A stretch of DNA of 64,000 nt from Microbotryum violaceum (GCA_001244265.2 CDLV01000009.1:1488001-1552000); one strand, 5' to 3'. Positions 25,394-37,312 are shown, counted from the first letter of the stretch. The notes: generated by a model not told the origin, from the letters alone. Translations and numbers: made by a program.

Positions 25394-26954
25394 TTAATCG
25401 GGCGAGTCTTCCTCGCTATCCGATTCGGGCCGATCCGTGCTCTTGGAGGGCTTTTTCGACAAAGGTATCGGAGGTTTCTTCGATGCGGGGGATATGGAAC
25501 TTGTCAGAGACGCTGAAGGAAGGGGTTTTGAAGGAGAGGGCGTGGATTTGGTATTTGATGGTCCCGAAAGAGATGATACAATTGTTTTGGAGGCGGTCTT
25601 TGATATCGGAGGGGCCGCGGGTGCCGAGAGCGTCTTGGCGAGAGGATGAGAACCGATTGATGCGATCTGTGCTTGCAATGCATTGGCGGGATGCGATGGT
25701 GCTGTATGAGGTGAAATCTCTACGAACATCAGCTACTTTAATTCAACCCGTGACAATTTCAAAGAAAAACTTGCTCGAGGCCTTGGCTTTCTTGTGCTTG
25801 CTTGTTCCGTTGAACCCTGACAAGTTCGCCGAGCGCTTCAGTCCGTTCGAGCTTGCTTTGGTGCCATTTCCTACGATAGGAGAAGATTGTTAGGGCATGA
25901 TTAATTTTAAAAAAAGGGGTGCGGCAACATTCACTCACTTTTCTCTGTTCCGGAAAGACTGTCTTCGTCACTGGCGTAAGAGGAGGCGCGGTCGCTGCTA
26001 AGTTGGCTGCTGGCAAACGAAGTGGGGGGGATAGCGAAGCGCGGCAACCGGCGTTCCATCACGATGAGTAGAGCGGGTTAGCTGTATTGCATCTGAGCGA
26101 TCGGGCGAACGTTAAAGGTAAATCCGACGAGCACTTGCCGAAGCTTTCCGTTGATAGGGGCTTTGTTCGTGGCCGTTCGTTTCGAGCGACCGGTTAAGCC
26201 CATGCAGCTTGAAAGGTGGGAGGCGAACCTGGGAGCTCCGATCTGGTACAGATCGCCAAAGTCTCGATCGTCAGCTCGGTTGATTCAGATTCAACGCCGC
26301 GAACTCCTCTTCCAATACTTTTCCGACCGGTACTTACCTGTCTTCCGCAAATCATGCATTCGTAGAGAGCATCGTCCTTCTTGTGCGGACTCGGATGCCC
26401 AAAGGGGCTCGCCGGACGGCTCAGGTTCGAGGTGGACGCCGTTGCAGCTCCCGAGCTTGAGCTGGAGCTCTCACCGTTGGGACCGAGTAAGCGTTCCGCT
26501 GCATTGGCTTTGGCCTGTGCTTCGTTACTGTTTATAAATACGAAAAATCGGTAAGATTAGCTTCTCACTCTTGGCAAACAACCCTGTTCGCGAAGAGACG
26601 CGGGGAGCAGGCGCGCTCCGCTCTCGTTCCCATCGACGAAGAACGTCACCAGTTGGAGCCCGTGCAGGGACTCGAAGTAGGCGCCCAGAGTCCCAAGAGC
26701 TCAAAAGCAGGTGTTTAAAAGCCCGGGAACTCAAACTGACGCTTGCATGCTTGTCCTGCGGCGCCATGCGAGGCGATGTTCCTCGATCGCAATGTCGGTG
26801 ACGAGCTCGTGCAGCATCGTTCGCATCAACGCTGACGCCTGCGAATTGGAGCAGACTTGTAAGTCAGCTGGACAGCATGGTCGGCGTGAAGATGAGATGA
26901 GACGTTCAAACGTACAAGTGACGCTACCGTCGGCTCGTCCGACTCCGATGACAT
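25394..26954 (-). CDS. SGF11: SAGA deubiquitination-module subunit Sgf11 (zinc finger), multi-exon
   Basis: N-terminal helix LMRTMLHELVTDIAIEEHR and spliced zinc finger YECMICGRQ|IGAPRFASHLSSCMG. The 3' end is uncertain: stop at 25394, but exon-like sequence continues to about 25122. Confidence 0.8.
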
Positions 26955-27546
26955 TTTGTCGTACCCACAAAGCTCCGACAAGCGAGACAGTCGATATTCG
27001 TCGGCTGCTGGCCCGAGGCTGGCAATGACGAATGGGCAAGCTGGCAAGAGCGAGCTGGCCTTTTCCGCCGGGCGCTTGGCCGCTTGCTGGGTGACGCCGG
27101 TTCCGAATTTATATTTCTAGCCCATGTCGGGGTAGGTGACATGTCGTATCGACACACACATGCAAGAATCCGATTCGTCTACAGATCTAACAGAACCAGG
27201 CGTGACACCCAGTTGAAGTCAAACTTGAAGTTGGCGTAACGAGCGGATACTCTACAAGCGCTCCGGGCCCGGGGCCACTGGCCAGTCCTGGCCGCCGCCC
27301 ATCTCGAGCTCTGGGCGATATAGATTCGGATCTTGGCCAAGTATTATTCTCGGTTGAGCCGTTACCATCGAGGCAATGCTCGTTCCAAAAGCACATAGAG
27401 GATACCGAAGAGCTACATTTACAAAATTGACGGATAGACTGACGAGTCCCAAGAAATAAAACTCATCTCGACACTCATCTCGATCCGAAGCTCGATCGCG
27501 GCGGAGTCGTCGGCAGCCGTGTCGCGCCACGTTGACGGCCGAGATG

Positions 27547-29311
27547 TCATCTGTTCTTGCGCAAGGAAGGCTTGCGCCAAAAGTACTGCGCAGGGCGTTG
27601 TCGGGCACCTCGGACACGCTTCACGAATGGCTCCAGTGCCGCAACTCGGGATCGGGACGGATCAGAGTCAGGCATGTAGAAGAACAAGGGTTGAAGTGGG
27701 TGGCCCGAGGCGTCCTGCGGAGACGAAAGTGAACTGATGAGTATAAAGTCCCCTCGGAAGACTCTGATGCTGCAAGATCTGATGCCCAGTCGCCTCCTCG
27801 GTAATTCAAATCTGAACCGCACGAGTCAGTAGGTGAGCTTACCTTTAGACCAGCATTGTCGATGCAACCAAAGAAAGGCTCTTGACACAGTACCCTCTCC
27901 ACAACTTCCCACCACGCCTCGACCGCTCGATCTTCACGATTCTGGGGCGAATCCTCACTCCTTTCACCGTCCTCGAGCACGTCCCACATCCCTCCGACCT
28001 CACGGAGCAACGATTGCACCACTGTCTCGATGTCGACGGTCGAACGAGGGGAGAAGACGATCGCGCTCGCGATCAGACCAGGGAGGTCGAGGCCCAGCGA
28101 CTCGACCAACGCTGCGGCTCGAGTCGATTCAGCGCTTACTTGGTCGACATCGTCCATCTCGACTTCGTCATCCTCTTGGGCCGAGGGTGATGAAGGAAGC
28201 GCAGATAAGAGTGAGTGGTCCGAATGAGCCGGTGATGCGGGGCCGTGTGATTTTTCGTTAGGAGTCGCCAGTTCAAAACTCCCGTCCCGATGGCCAAGGT
28301 TCGATGAGTCGCCGTCGGTGAGCGAATCGTAGACGCTCAAGGCGACGGGTGAGAGAGGAGCAGTGTACGGTATATCTGTGGCTTTGCGTTGCTTGGGCAG
28401 TTTAGAGTCGGCGATGTGGACGACGCCTTGCCAGCTCCACAGGCAGAGCTTGAGCTTGTGGCCGATGGGGACCGTCAAGACGGCGACGGCGGACTTTCGG
28501 TACAGTCGTCCGTCGATCTTCATACCGTTCATTCCCAGAACGTGCACTTGCACCACGACTTTGTGAGGAGGTGTTTGAGGTGTCTTGGGGAGGATGCGGA
28601 GGGTGCAATGCATTCGCGAGGCATGCTTGGCTGATTTAGCCAATTGAACAGGCAAAGTCGTCTCGGGGCGCGGTTGAGTGGGTCGCTTGGCCTTGCGTCC
28701 AAGCTGCATGACGACGCCTCGCTCGAGGATCAGGTAAATGTCGTCGTTGTCAGTCAACTGGATCGGGCGAGCAATGGCTGGTGCCGTTGACTGCAGCATA
28801 GACCGTGTTTCGGAGTTGGCGGAGGCGGCGCGAGCGATTGCGCCGACGGCGACCGAAAGCAGCGCCGAGGTCACGTGCGAATCGACGCGATCGGCATGTT
28901 CGTGTCTCGGAGATGAGGAAGGGGCTGATGAGGCGAACTTGTTTGATCCAGCGTCGGGAGAGGTCGGTGCGTCGTAGGCGGCGAAGCGCGAGTGTGCTGC
29001 GGGCGAGGACGAGAATGCTGAGGATGTAGTTCGTCCGCCCGGGGACGACGTGACTGGAAAGATGACAACGCGCGGTTCCCTGTTGATCAGTACCGCCGTC
29101 CAAATAGATGATATATTAGGAAACGAGACGTACGCAAACTTTGTTTGATGTTGATGTGGGGCTGATCCGGTTCGTCATCACTCCATCGCGGTTTGTGATT
29201 CAAATCGTCGTCCACCCCGTCGGCCTCGACTACGCGCCCGCCTGCGAAGGGAACAGGGGTAAAACGGAGTCGGATTGTTGGTCGGAGATGATTGACAACG
29301 TCCTGCAGCAT
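27547..29311 (-). CDS. TOS4: Tos4/Plm2-like FHA-domain protein
   Basis: FHA-like LGR...HASRMH...VLGMNGMKIDG. C-terminal FGCIDNAGLK|DASGHPLQPLFFYMPDSD...VRGARQRPAQYFWRKP resembles the Tos4 C-terminus. Confidence 0.75.
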
Positions 29312-29449
29312 GATGGTAGGCGACTTGTTTTAGCAAGGGAGAGGAATAGGTGAGGGATGCTGAACGGTGGGAAGGAGGCTCGACGAGATCGGGGGACCCG
29401 AGGCTCAGAGGAGTGAGCCCTGTTTGGGCCGTGTTTATGAACGTGGTCG

Positions 29450-29515
29450 GATCACGCGATCACGTGACCGTTTCGACGCGAAACCTTTGGTGCGCGCGCG
29501 CAGACGCGTGTCGCG
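29450..29515. promoter_or_regulatory. MCB/SCB-like cell-cycle boxes upstream of the TOS4-like gene
   Basis: ACGCGAAA at 29476, ACGCGT at 29504, extra CGCG cores, and TCACGTGA at 29460. Confidence 0.5.
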
Positions 29516-30112
29516 CTGCTCGGCAACTAGGCTCTGCTTTGGACTGGGCGGCGGCGCGCCTGGTCCACCGCAACTTCCGTAAGAGCACAAAGTCGTCTCA
29601 ACAACCTGATCGTCTCAACAGCCTGAACACGAGAGCGTCAGCCGGTACGCCAGTGACCTACCTCCGGTGTAACGGTCTTGGTGAGCCGAAGTCCAACTCC
29701 GGTCCTTGAAGGCGCTGCGGGCTCAGGATGCGGAGCTATCGTACCTCGCCTACGATGCCGACACAAAACACAGAGGAATGCAGAGTGCGCTCCTCCCCGA
29801 TTGGGACCTCCACCTCGTCCGAGATCACGACGATCCGATACGGCGTCTCGTCCGGTGTCACCACCATGATTTTATTGGACCTCTACTCATAGGCCCGATC
29901 TCGCAATCACGATGGTCTTTTCGGCAGGACCCCCGTGGAGGCTAGCTGTGCATAGCTGTGCTTCCCATACACGCGGGCTCACAGGCGGTACTCGCAACGC
30001 ACGTTCCTTTTCGGGCCTTCACTGCGTTGTCGACGTTTCCTTACCAGCTTCTGCGGCTGCGTTCACCGCCTGTAGGGACAGGTGCGTTCCTCACTCCCAA
30101 GACTACCTCCCA

Positions 30113-30154
30113 GCTGACGAGGTGGCTGACGAAGTGGCTGACGAAGTGGCTGAC
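30113..30154 (+). repeat. 12-bp tandem repeat (GCTGACGARGTG) x3.5
   Basis: Directly visible. Confidence 0.85.
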
Positions 30155-31002
30155 CGAGCGTCCCGTCTTGCTGGACGTTAGCTGCAAGCAGCTCGTCTCA
30201 AATCCTCGACGTGGCTCGCTTTGAGCAACTCGAGGTGAGCGTCAAGATACGTCTGCGCTTGTTGCGACATGTACTCTGCATTCTTATTCCTACAACTCAG
30301 TTGTACGGGCAACAGCTCTGTACGTTCTTGTTGGGCAACACAGCATGCTAATTGCACAGCTCTCAGCACGTAAGAGTCGTGCCTGACAGAGAGTCGCGAG
30401 GGAGGACGGTCGTAGATCAAAGTCGAGACAGTGAGAGGCGGTAGAGGATACTTGTTAAACGTCGTTACTGGGTTTCAGTTAGAAGTTAAACTACCAAGAG
30501 AGAGAAAGAGAGAGAGAGATAGGGAAGGGCGTCCCAATTGGACCAGGCCGAGGCCCGTGCATGCGTCGGGGTCAGTTCTTGACGTCGGCTACGCGGTCGA
30601 AGGCCCGGTCTCAAGGGGTGCAGCCTTACACAGCAGAACCTTTGCCTCCTCTCGCGCCATCTGCGCCGATCCGAGTGACTTGACTTGTCGCAAAGGTATG
30701 CTGAGCCGATTGATAGACTTCTACATCATCAGTTGCAGCCGACTGACATTCAGAAGCTTTGGTCGCAAAGCTCCAAATTGTGATCCCTCCCACCGTCCCT
30801 AGTGTTCATCGGGTTCCTGAGGTTGTTTATTTCACTTGCTGAGGTTCAGTCGCTTTCATTGTGGTTCTTGCTGAATTTTTGGACACACCAATGTTGTCCT
30901 TCGTCTTGCTGCAACTCGAACCGCTATTCCGCTACGACTCGCGTGAGTGGCCAGGGGAGTCGAACCCAACCGCTGGACTAGGCTGAAAATCTTATGACCG
31001 AA

Positions 31003-33665
31003 CCAGTGGGAACCCGTTAAATTAACGGGAGGATCAAAGTCAAAAGAAAAGCAGGATAATCGAACAGTCTACATGATCTCAGCGCAGAGGTTAAGAAAAC
31101 ACCCTACGAAGTACAGCAAAGAAACAAATCCATTCATCCTACATTCATCGCCGAAACAGCCTGCATGTCGCTTGTTGCCGGATTTGGCTTCAAACACATG
31201 TGCAATGAGATCCGGACGGGTGCATGCTTTGTCATTCAGCCCCAGTGCAGCCTTGATTTCCGGTGCTTCGGGGTCGTAAGTCATCGTGATGAGCAGCGGA
31301 GGCTTTCCATGTTTGACAACGCACGCCATCGCATCCTGGTATCGCTGCGTGATGTCGCACGGTCTATTCTCGAACGTCGAGCCCAAAGTCATCAAACGTC
31401 CAATTGGGTTTGGGGTCAAGCCGTTGATGCCTTGGGTCGTGGTGAGGCGTAGGTTCTCTTGATGCAACCGGATGTGTTGAGTCAATCGGTCTCGACTTGG
31501 GAGTATATCCGTAAATCACAAACTCCAGGAAGGGACGCTGGGTGCAATGCGGGATTGAGAAGTACTCGTCGCGTTTGGCAATTAGTGCGCAAAGAATTGT
31601 GAACGCGAGACTCACCACCTCGACCCCTTTACTTGACCTTCGTCCTAGGTGTTCAAAAGTTCAATGTCAGTCTGTGCTTGCGCCTTGAACAGAATGGAGC
31701 ATCCGAGAAAGAGCCGAAGACGCGTACGTTCACCATCACCATTCTTTTCGTCCCCCGCCGTCTTCATCCTCATCGTCACAGTCTTCGTCCTCCTCTTCGC
31801 CTTCGTCAGCAAGACCGAGACCGGCAAGTACCTCGCGCGATTGGACACCTTTGCCAATCTGCTCTCGGTTTCTGGCGATTGGCAGCCCAGCCTAGCAAAA
31901 CCCGCAAAGAGGAATGTTGGGGTGGAAGCCATCTTCCCCTGCAGGAAATAGTAGTGGCTATCGGAGAGGCAACGCAGACGGATGGAGCGAGCTGATGACT
32001 TGGTACTTGGGCCGACCCTCGGGACATCGATCACCGTGCACCTGGAGAATAAGGTCTTGAGGTCCACAATCTCCCGTGTTGGTGTCGGAATCGCAGATAA
32101 GCATCGCCATTTCCGTGCTCGACGTAGGAAGGTTGTGGGTGCGTCGGTCTCGGCCAGGTGGTAGGCAGAGGCGCAGGGCCGGCTCTTTGGCCGTGTCCCA
32201 ACCTGCGCGGGCTTTGGCCGATGCGAACTCCCTCACAAAGTGATTCTTGGTACGCAACATGGACTCGAGCTTGGTCAAAGTAGATCTTTGTATGCGACTG
32301 TCTGCGCCGTCGGGTCCCAGTCGAGTGTCAGTGGCTTCGGCCAGGTCGATGAGCCATATTTGGGCAAAGGCTGGGCGTTGATTCACGGCAGGGATCAGGG
32401 CGCCAAGTCGATGATAGCGGCGACCGAACACGCGAAACACGGGGAGTCCTAGAGTGCCCAGCCGTGTCTGGTCGAAGTGAAAGACGGCGCGTTGTTGTGC
32501 GACCGGGCGTTTTTGCGGAATGCTTGAGCTCCTGTGTAGGTGGGTTGCACAGTTCAGCATGCGGGTCTACTGTAGACGGATGTTGTTGGACGGAGCAACT
32601 GACCGCTATCCTTCAAGTAGATTTTGATACTTGGGATCAGGCTGGGAGGGGGAGGTAGCTGCACCTTACCCTGCGAGCAGCACGTGCTCAAGTGTCCGGT
32701 TCGTCCTTTGCACTCCCAGTGTCGAGTCTTGAAGTGGATACACACGGCCATCTGGGGCCGAGGTAGTCGCGGATGGGAACGTGGGGCTTGAGTGGTTTGA
32801 GCGGGGTTCGAGGCCTGTGCACTTGCTCTGCGCAGGAAGAGGTGGTGGTGGGGCGAGCTCAGCGTCGGATCGGCCATCGGGCCCTCGCGCTGACCACGCT
32901 GTCCGTTCTACAAAGCTGTACGGCGGACGCTTATACGGGTCGCAATGCCAAGGTCGGTTGATTGTTGTCATTACGCGCGGGGAGCTGATCCTGTTGATCG
33001 GAGCGGGACGAAGAAGAGAGGAGATGAGCGGGGCGCCCAGCGGGTTCATGGTCTCCCCATGTTCCCGCGGTAGGCTATCGTACGGCGCGAGTACCCTCGC
33101 GCCAAAGACTCGGCGCGGTTGTCACACAAATTCGATGAGAGTGGGAGGGAAAAGGCGAAAAATGGAGAGAGTAGCGCGGGAGTATTCACAGGAGTATTCA
33201 CAGCGCCTGGAACCTCATGTTGTTGTTGAGCCCCTAAAACCGGTATCGGGATGCCAGAAATACGTCACGTGATCGACGGGGCATCGCGCAGCTTATTAGT
33301 GACGCCCGCGTCCACGCGTCAACGACAGCGAGACCACGCTTGAGCTCTGTAGAAGAAGTGTCATGCAAACCCACGCGCTTGCTATACATTAAATCCCACA
33401 CAAACTGCTCAATAGTTGGGCACCTCGCCAAAAATCAACAATTTTTTTTCCTCGGACTGTAGCTCGACTTTTATGGTGCAGAAAATGCGAAAAGGGTCGT
33501 ACATGACTTCTGGTCGCGAGGCCAATATCACAGGCAGGTGCGTCAGACGCAAGACTGTACTGGTACATTCACTATAGGCGGCCCAGAGGGCCGCAACACA
33601 GTCAAAAACAGCGATTTTAGGTACATGGTCGCGGATCGACACTTTTTTTTTACTAGTTAGGGTAA
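31003..33665 (-). mobile_element. Non-autonomous Helitron, copy 1 (deleted RepHel)
   Basis: RepHel N-terminal fragments: C.H.K.RHWEC...CCSQGKVQLPPP, PVFRVFGR.YHRLGALIP...PAFAQIW, RYQDAMACVVKHGKPPLLITMT...RPDLIAHVFEAK. The 3' end has hairpin CCCGTTAATTTAACGGG then CTGG|T. Homologous over its full length to 48055-50686. Confidence 0.92.
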
Positions 33666-33695
33666 TATGCGACAATATTGATAGGACGACGACAT

Positions 33696-35120
33696 TGGAC
33701 GGTTGCCCCTCTTTTTTTTAGTTCAGTCTCTCTCTCTCTTTTCTATCTTGCCTTCTGAGTTAGCACACATTCATGCCAACCGAACCTGATACAACGGAAC
33801 ACCGTCTACAATGCCGTTCGAGTGAACAACGATTATAAGAACGATCGACCCAGTACTTGCGATCCTTCCGTAAGGCAACCGGCCTGACATCTACTGCGTG
33901 TGTCAGAAACTGGACTGCTCGCTCTAACATCTGGCAAAGTATGCCTTCCCAGGCTGGCGATGCGCGCCAAGAAGCAGGCCCCGGGTCTGGTGGTCTGGTG
34001 GCAGACAATACGTCCCTATATCTCGAACAGTGGGAGTCTGTCTTGGGGTTGCGGAGACATCATCGACATTATCCAAGGCCAAGGACGCCATGATCAAGCT
34101 GTTGTTGACCAAGTTTACAAGAACTGCAGTGAGCGCACGGCGCTCCTCGAGTCTTGTTTCTTCTTCATTGCATTGTAGCCGTAGCATACCCAACTCTTCG
34201 CGAATCACTTCGCATTTGTGTGAGGCTATATCAAAAATCTCTTGGGGGAATCTGTCGCGGATGTGACAAGCCGAGGCAAAAGGACCGGTCACGAGCAGCT
34301 GCGGAGTCGAATCAGTCTTGGCGAGCGATGGAAAATTGGAATTCTCGCGTTGGGTGGCTCTCTGTTCGCCTTCGCTGATGTCGAAGTCTGGCAGAGATAT
34401 CTATCATGAAAAGTGGGAAGGTTTGTATCAGTAAACCTTCGGCTGTATACATGGACACCAATTAACGCAAAAAGCCTGCCTCGCTCAGACCCCACCCGGT
34501 TGCCGAGGTGATCACTACGATCGCTTTGTCATTTGCAGGTGCAGAGAGCCTAATGACCGATCTGCAGAGGGCCGGAAAATGCATCAGAGATACCAGGTGT
34601 GCGAAGATATATATACAAAAAGAGAAAAGGACAAGAATGCCCTCGAAAGATAGCGAAAGGACGAAAATGCCCTCGCTTGTTTTCATGAGGACTGCAAGGT
34701 ATGCGCCTCTGATGTGCATAAATTACAAGCTGTCGTTCTTGACCACTAGACTAAAAGCAAGTCGTAACTATAACTCGGCAGTTCTAGCTACTCAGAGGCT
34801 ACTTATAGGGCTGTTCTGTAAGGCATCCCCCTTGGGACGTGAAGCGGCAGCAGTACTCACCGCCCGTTGGAGTCCGCGTTAGGTGCTCGGCTGGCTTTGA
34901 TCTGCGCAGCGCTCTTTGCGCGCAGGGGTTTGATTTTCACCCAGCTGCTTGTCGTCGTTGCTTTATTACCTCTTTTAGCTCTTTTTGTAGCGATTCTAGC
35001 CAACCCGAAGGATCGTAATTTATGAGCCCAGTTAAACAAAAAAAAAAAACAAGGACAGAAATGCCCTTCTCTAATGGACCAAAATGCCCTTCTCTAATGG
35101 ACCAAAATGCCCTCGGATTC
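33696..35120. mobile_element. Degraded element with repeated GGAC-N(3-5)-TGCCC(T/C) motifs (Mutator-like subterminal repeats?) and a broken minus-strand ORF
   Basis: The motif occurs near 33696, 34630, 34659, 35053, 35076 and 35099; the last ones lie in a 23-bp tandem repeat. ORF fragments 33760-34495 are on the minus strand. Confidence 0.35.
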
Positions 35121-35200
35121 TCAACTTCTGTACTACTTGATATATCAACTCATTACCAAGAGGTTAGCTTACTGTAGTCGTTGTGATCAGCGCCGTATAC

Positions 35201-36377
35201 TCAGGATCCCCAAGGATGCCGTGAGAATTCAGTTATAACGGTCGCAAAGTCAGGGTCCGTCCAAGTCGAAAGCGAGCGATGAGTGTCCTTAAAATCCTTA
35301 AAACTATCTACTAGAAATCGTCGTCGAGACAAACTACGTAGACAAACCACGTGGCGTGACGTCATAGCCTCTCGGTTCACCGCTCCCCGCCCCCCGCCCC
35401 CTGGGCCCACGGGTCTGGCAACGTTCCCAAACCTGAACCTGCAAATGTCAGCACAGATGCGCACGAAATTTCAGTCTTTAACTTAGCAGAACCTTCAAGC
35501 ACTGCCGTTCGGCGACTGTGGCCGTGGCGACCGGCTCGTGGGATCGTGGTCGTCAATGCGTCAACGCCTGATTTAAGGCTGACATTCGATTTACTTTTGT
35601 GCACTTTGGCGTCCACATCCCACCATGTGGGATATGGGCCGCATACAAAAAGCAAATTCCTTCAAAATCCACAATCTACAGTCAACAAATGCGCCAAACC
35701 ATCCCTAGCTAGCCCATGGGCTCGTCGAGAATCTCGAGGTCGTCCGAGTCTTCACCCCTTGTCGAGCCTGACTCTCCGCCGCCCTCCCCGAGCTCAGCAT
35801 CATCTTCTTCCTCGACCTCCTGCTCCGATCGTGAACCCAAAACTTCTTCCATTCGTCTTTCATACACGTCATCGCGGTCTCGCTCGGCCTGTTCCGCGGC
35901 TGGATCGGGGGTCAGGCCAAGTTCCCTTCGAAATGCGTCGAGGTCGACGATTGTGTGGCGCACGTCCACGGCAGAAGGACCTGATGAGCGGCGGCTCGAC
36001 TCAGCGACGGGGCTCTGCATTTGAGTATTATTCAGCGTCGAAAAGCGGCGACCGAAATGACGTGGACTACCGCGCGAACGTCGCAACACCTGTTTCGCCC
36101 GTCCGGCGAAAAGTCCCCCGATCAAACCGAATGCCGAGGGCCGCGATTCATGAACTGCGGGTGAACGCGTTCTGAACCAGACAACCGAGAGATCATCGCG
36201 TTCGGCGAGCCGATCCAGACGCTCTTTGAACGAAATCTGCCGGCGTTGAAGCACATGCCACACCGCAGTGCCAACCTCGCCCGCGGATGGGAGCGGCAAA
36301 CGCTGACGCGTTGCCGGGAGCAGACAGGAGAGGCAACATATCGTATGGTCGGTTGGCTTCGAATCAAGATATACCAC
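35201..36377 (-). pseudogene. Unidentified gene or TE-ORF remnant (222-aa ORF with acidic tail plus downstream exon-like pieces)
   Basis: ORF 35709-36377, followed by intron-like TTGACTGTAG and GCTGAC..TTGCAG acceptors and stops. No domain recognised. Confidence 0.35.
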
Positions 36378-36480
36378 CGAAAGCGTAAGGGAACAGAAAA
36401 TAGTAAGACCAGGACTGTGATCGATAGCGGCGCGTCAGGCGGCAACGCTGTCGCTCACTCGCGCTCAGGCTCGCTACGGC

Positions 36481-37020
36481 TCATTACATCATTACATCAT
36501 TACATCATTACACATCATTACATACATCATTACATCATTACATCGTTATATCATTACATCATTACATCATTACATCATTCCACATCATTACATCTACATC
36601 ATTACATCATTACATCATTACACATCATTACATCTACATCATTACATTATTACATTATTACATCATTAGCGGAGGGGATAAGGTAGCATTGATGGACGTG
36701 ATTAGGTCACGTGCCGTCTCATCAAGCTGGTAGAACGCAGCGAGATGTAATGATGTAATGATGTAATGATGTAATGATGTAATGATGTAATGATGTAATG
36801 ATGTAATGATGTAATGATGTAATGATGTAATGATGTAATGATGTAATGATGTAATGATGTAATGATGTAATGATGTAATGATGTAATGATGTAATGATGT
36901 AATGATGTAATGATGTAATGATGTAATGATGTAATGATGTAATGATGTAATGATGTAATGATGTAATGATGTAATGATGTAATGATGTAATGATGTAATG
37001 ATGTAATGATGTAATGATGT
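36481..37020. repeat. Inverted octamer satellite pair: degenerate (CATTACAT)n, 75-bp hairpin spacer, perfect (GATGTAAT)~34
   Basis: Left arm 36481-36668 and right arm 36744-37020 are reverse complements of each other. Confidence 0.95.
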
Positions 37021-37312
37021 TCTAATCGAGCTTCTTCTCGCTACTAATCTAAAGAAGAAATTGACAATGAGTGTTCCGAGTATGCTTTATACACAATGGC
37101 CGCATAAGCCCCGATACGAGCTCGCACGTACATGAGATGAACTTGTTGAAGGCCACACCAGCCTCCGTGTTGCGCTAGTCCTCGGGCCATCCAGCAATCC
37201 GGGTTGCAGGCGGGCAACATGTATGGCTACGCCGCGCGGAAGCGAGGGTCGGAGGCGCGCGCAGCGCGCCACTTTCCAGCGTGCTTATATGTATAGCCAG
37301 AGGTGGGTTGCC

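Noticed and set aside
29700-30420. Small gene divergent from TOS4-like gene
   Set aside because: Only short ORFs with no recognisable motif or consistent exon chain. It cannot be supported without transcripts.
30715-30740. Minus-strand CTGATGA-TGTA-GAAA as a minimal hammerhead
   Set aside because: Stems I and II cannot form.
30938-30990. tRNA or SINE suggested by minus-strand GGGTTCGACTCCC (B-box/T-arm like)
   Set aside because: No D-arm, anticodon arm or acceptor pairing could be built. At most a fragment next to the Helitron end.
30497-33750. (GA)n tract near 30500 and (TC)n tract near 33725 as TIRs around Helitron copy 1
   Set aside because: Similarity is confined to low-complexity microsatellite, with no convincing unique-sequence match or TSD.
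36246-36686. 146-aa ORF with HHYIIT repeats
   Set aside because: Translation of the CATTACAT satellite, not a credible protein
36744-37020. Octamer array as interstitial telomere or CRISPR-like array
   Set aside because: The unit is not TTAGGG-like or G-rich, and there are no unique spacers between repeats. The context is eukaryotic.
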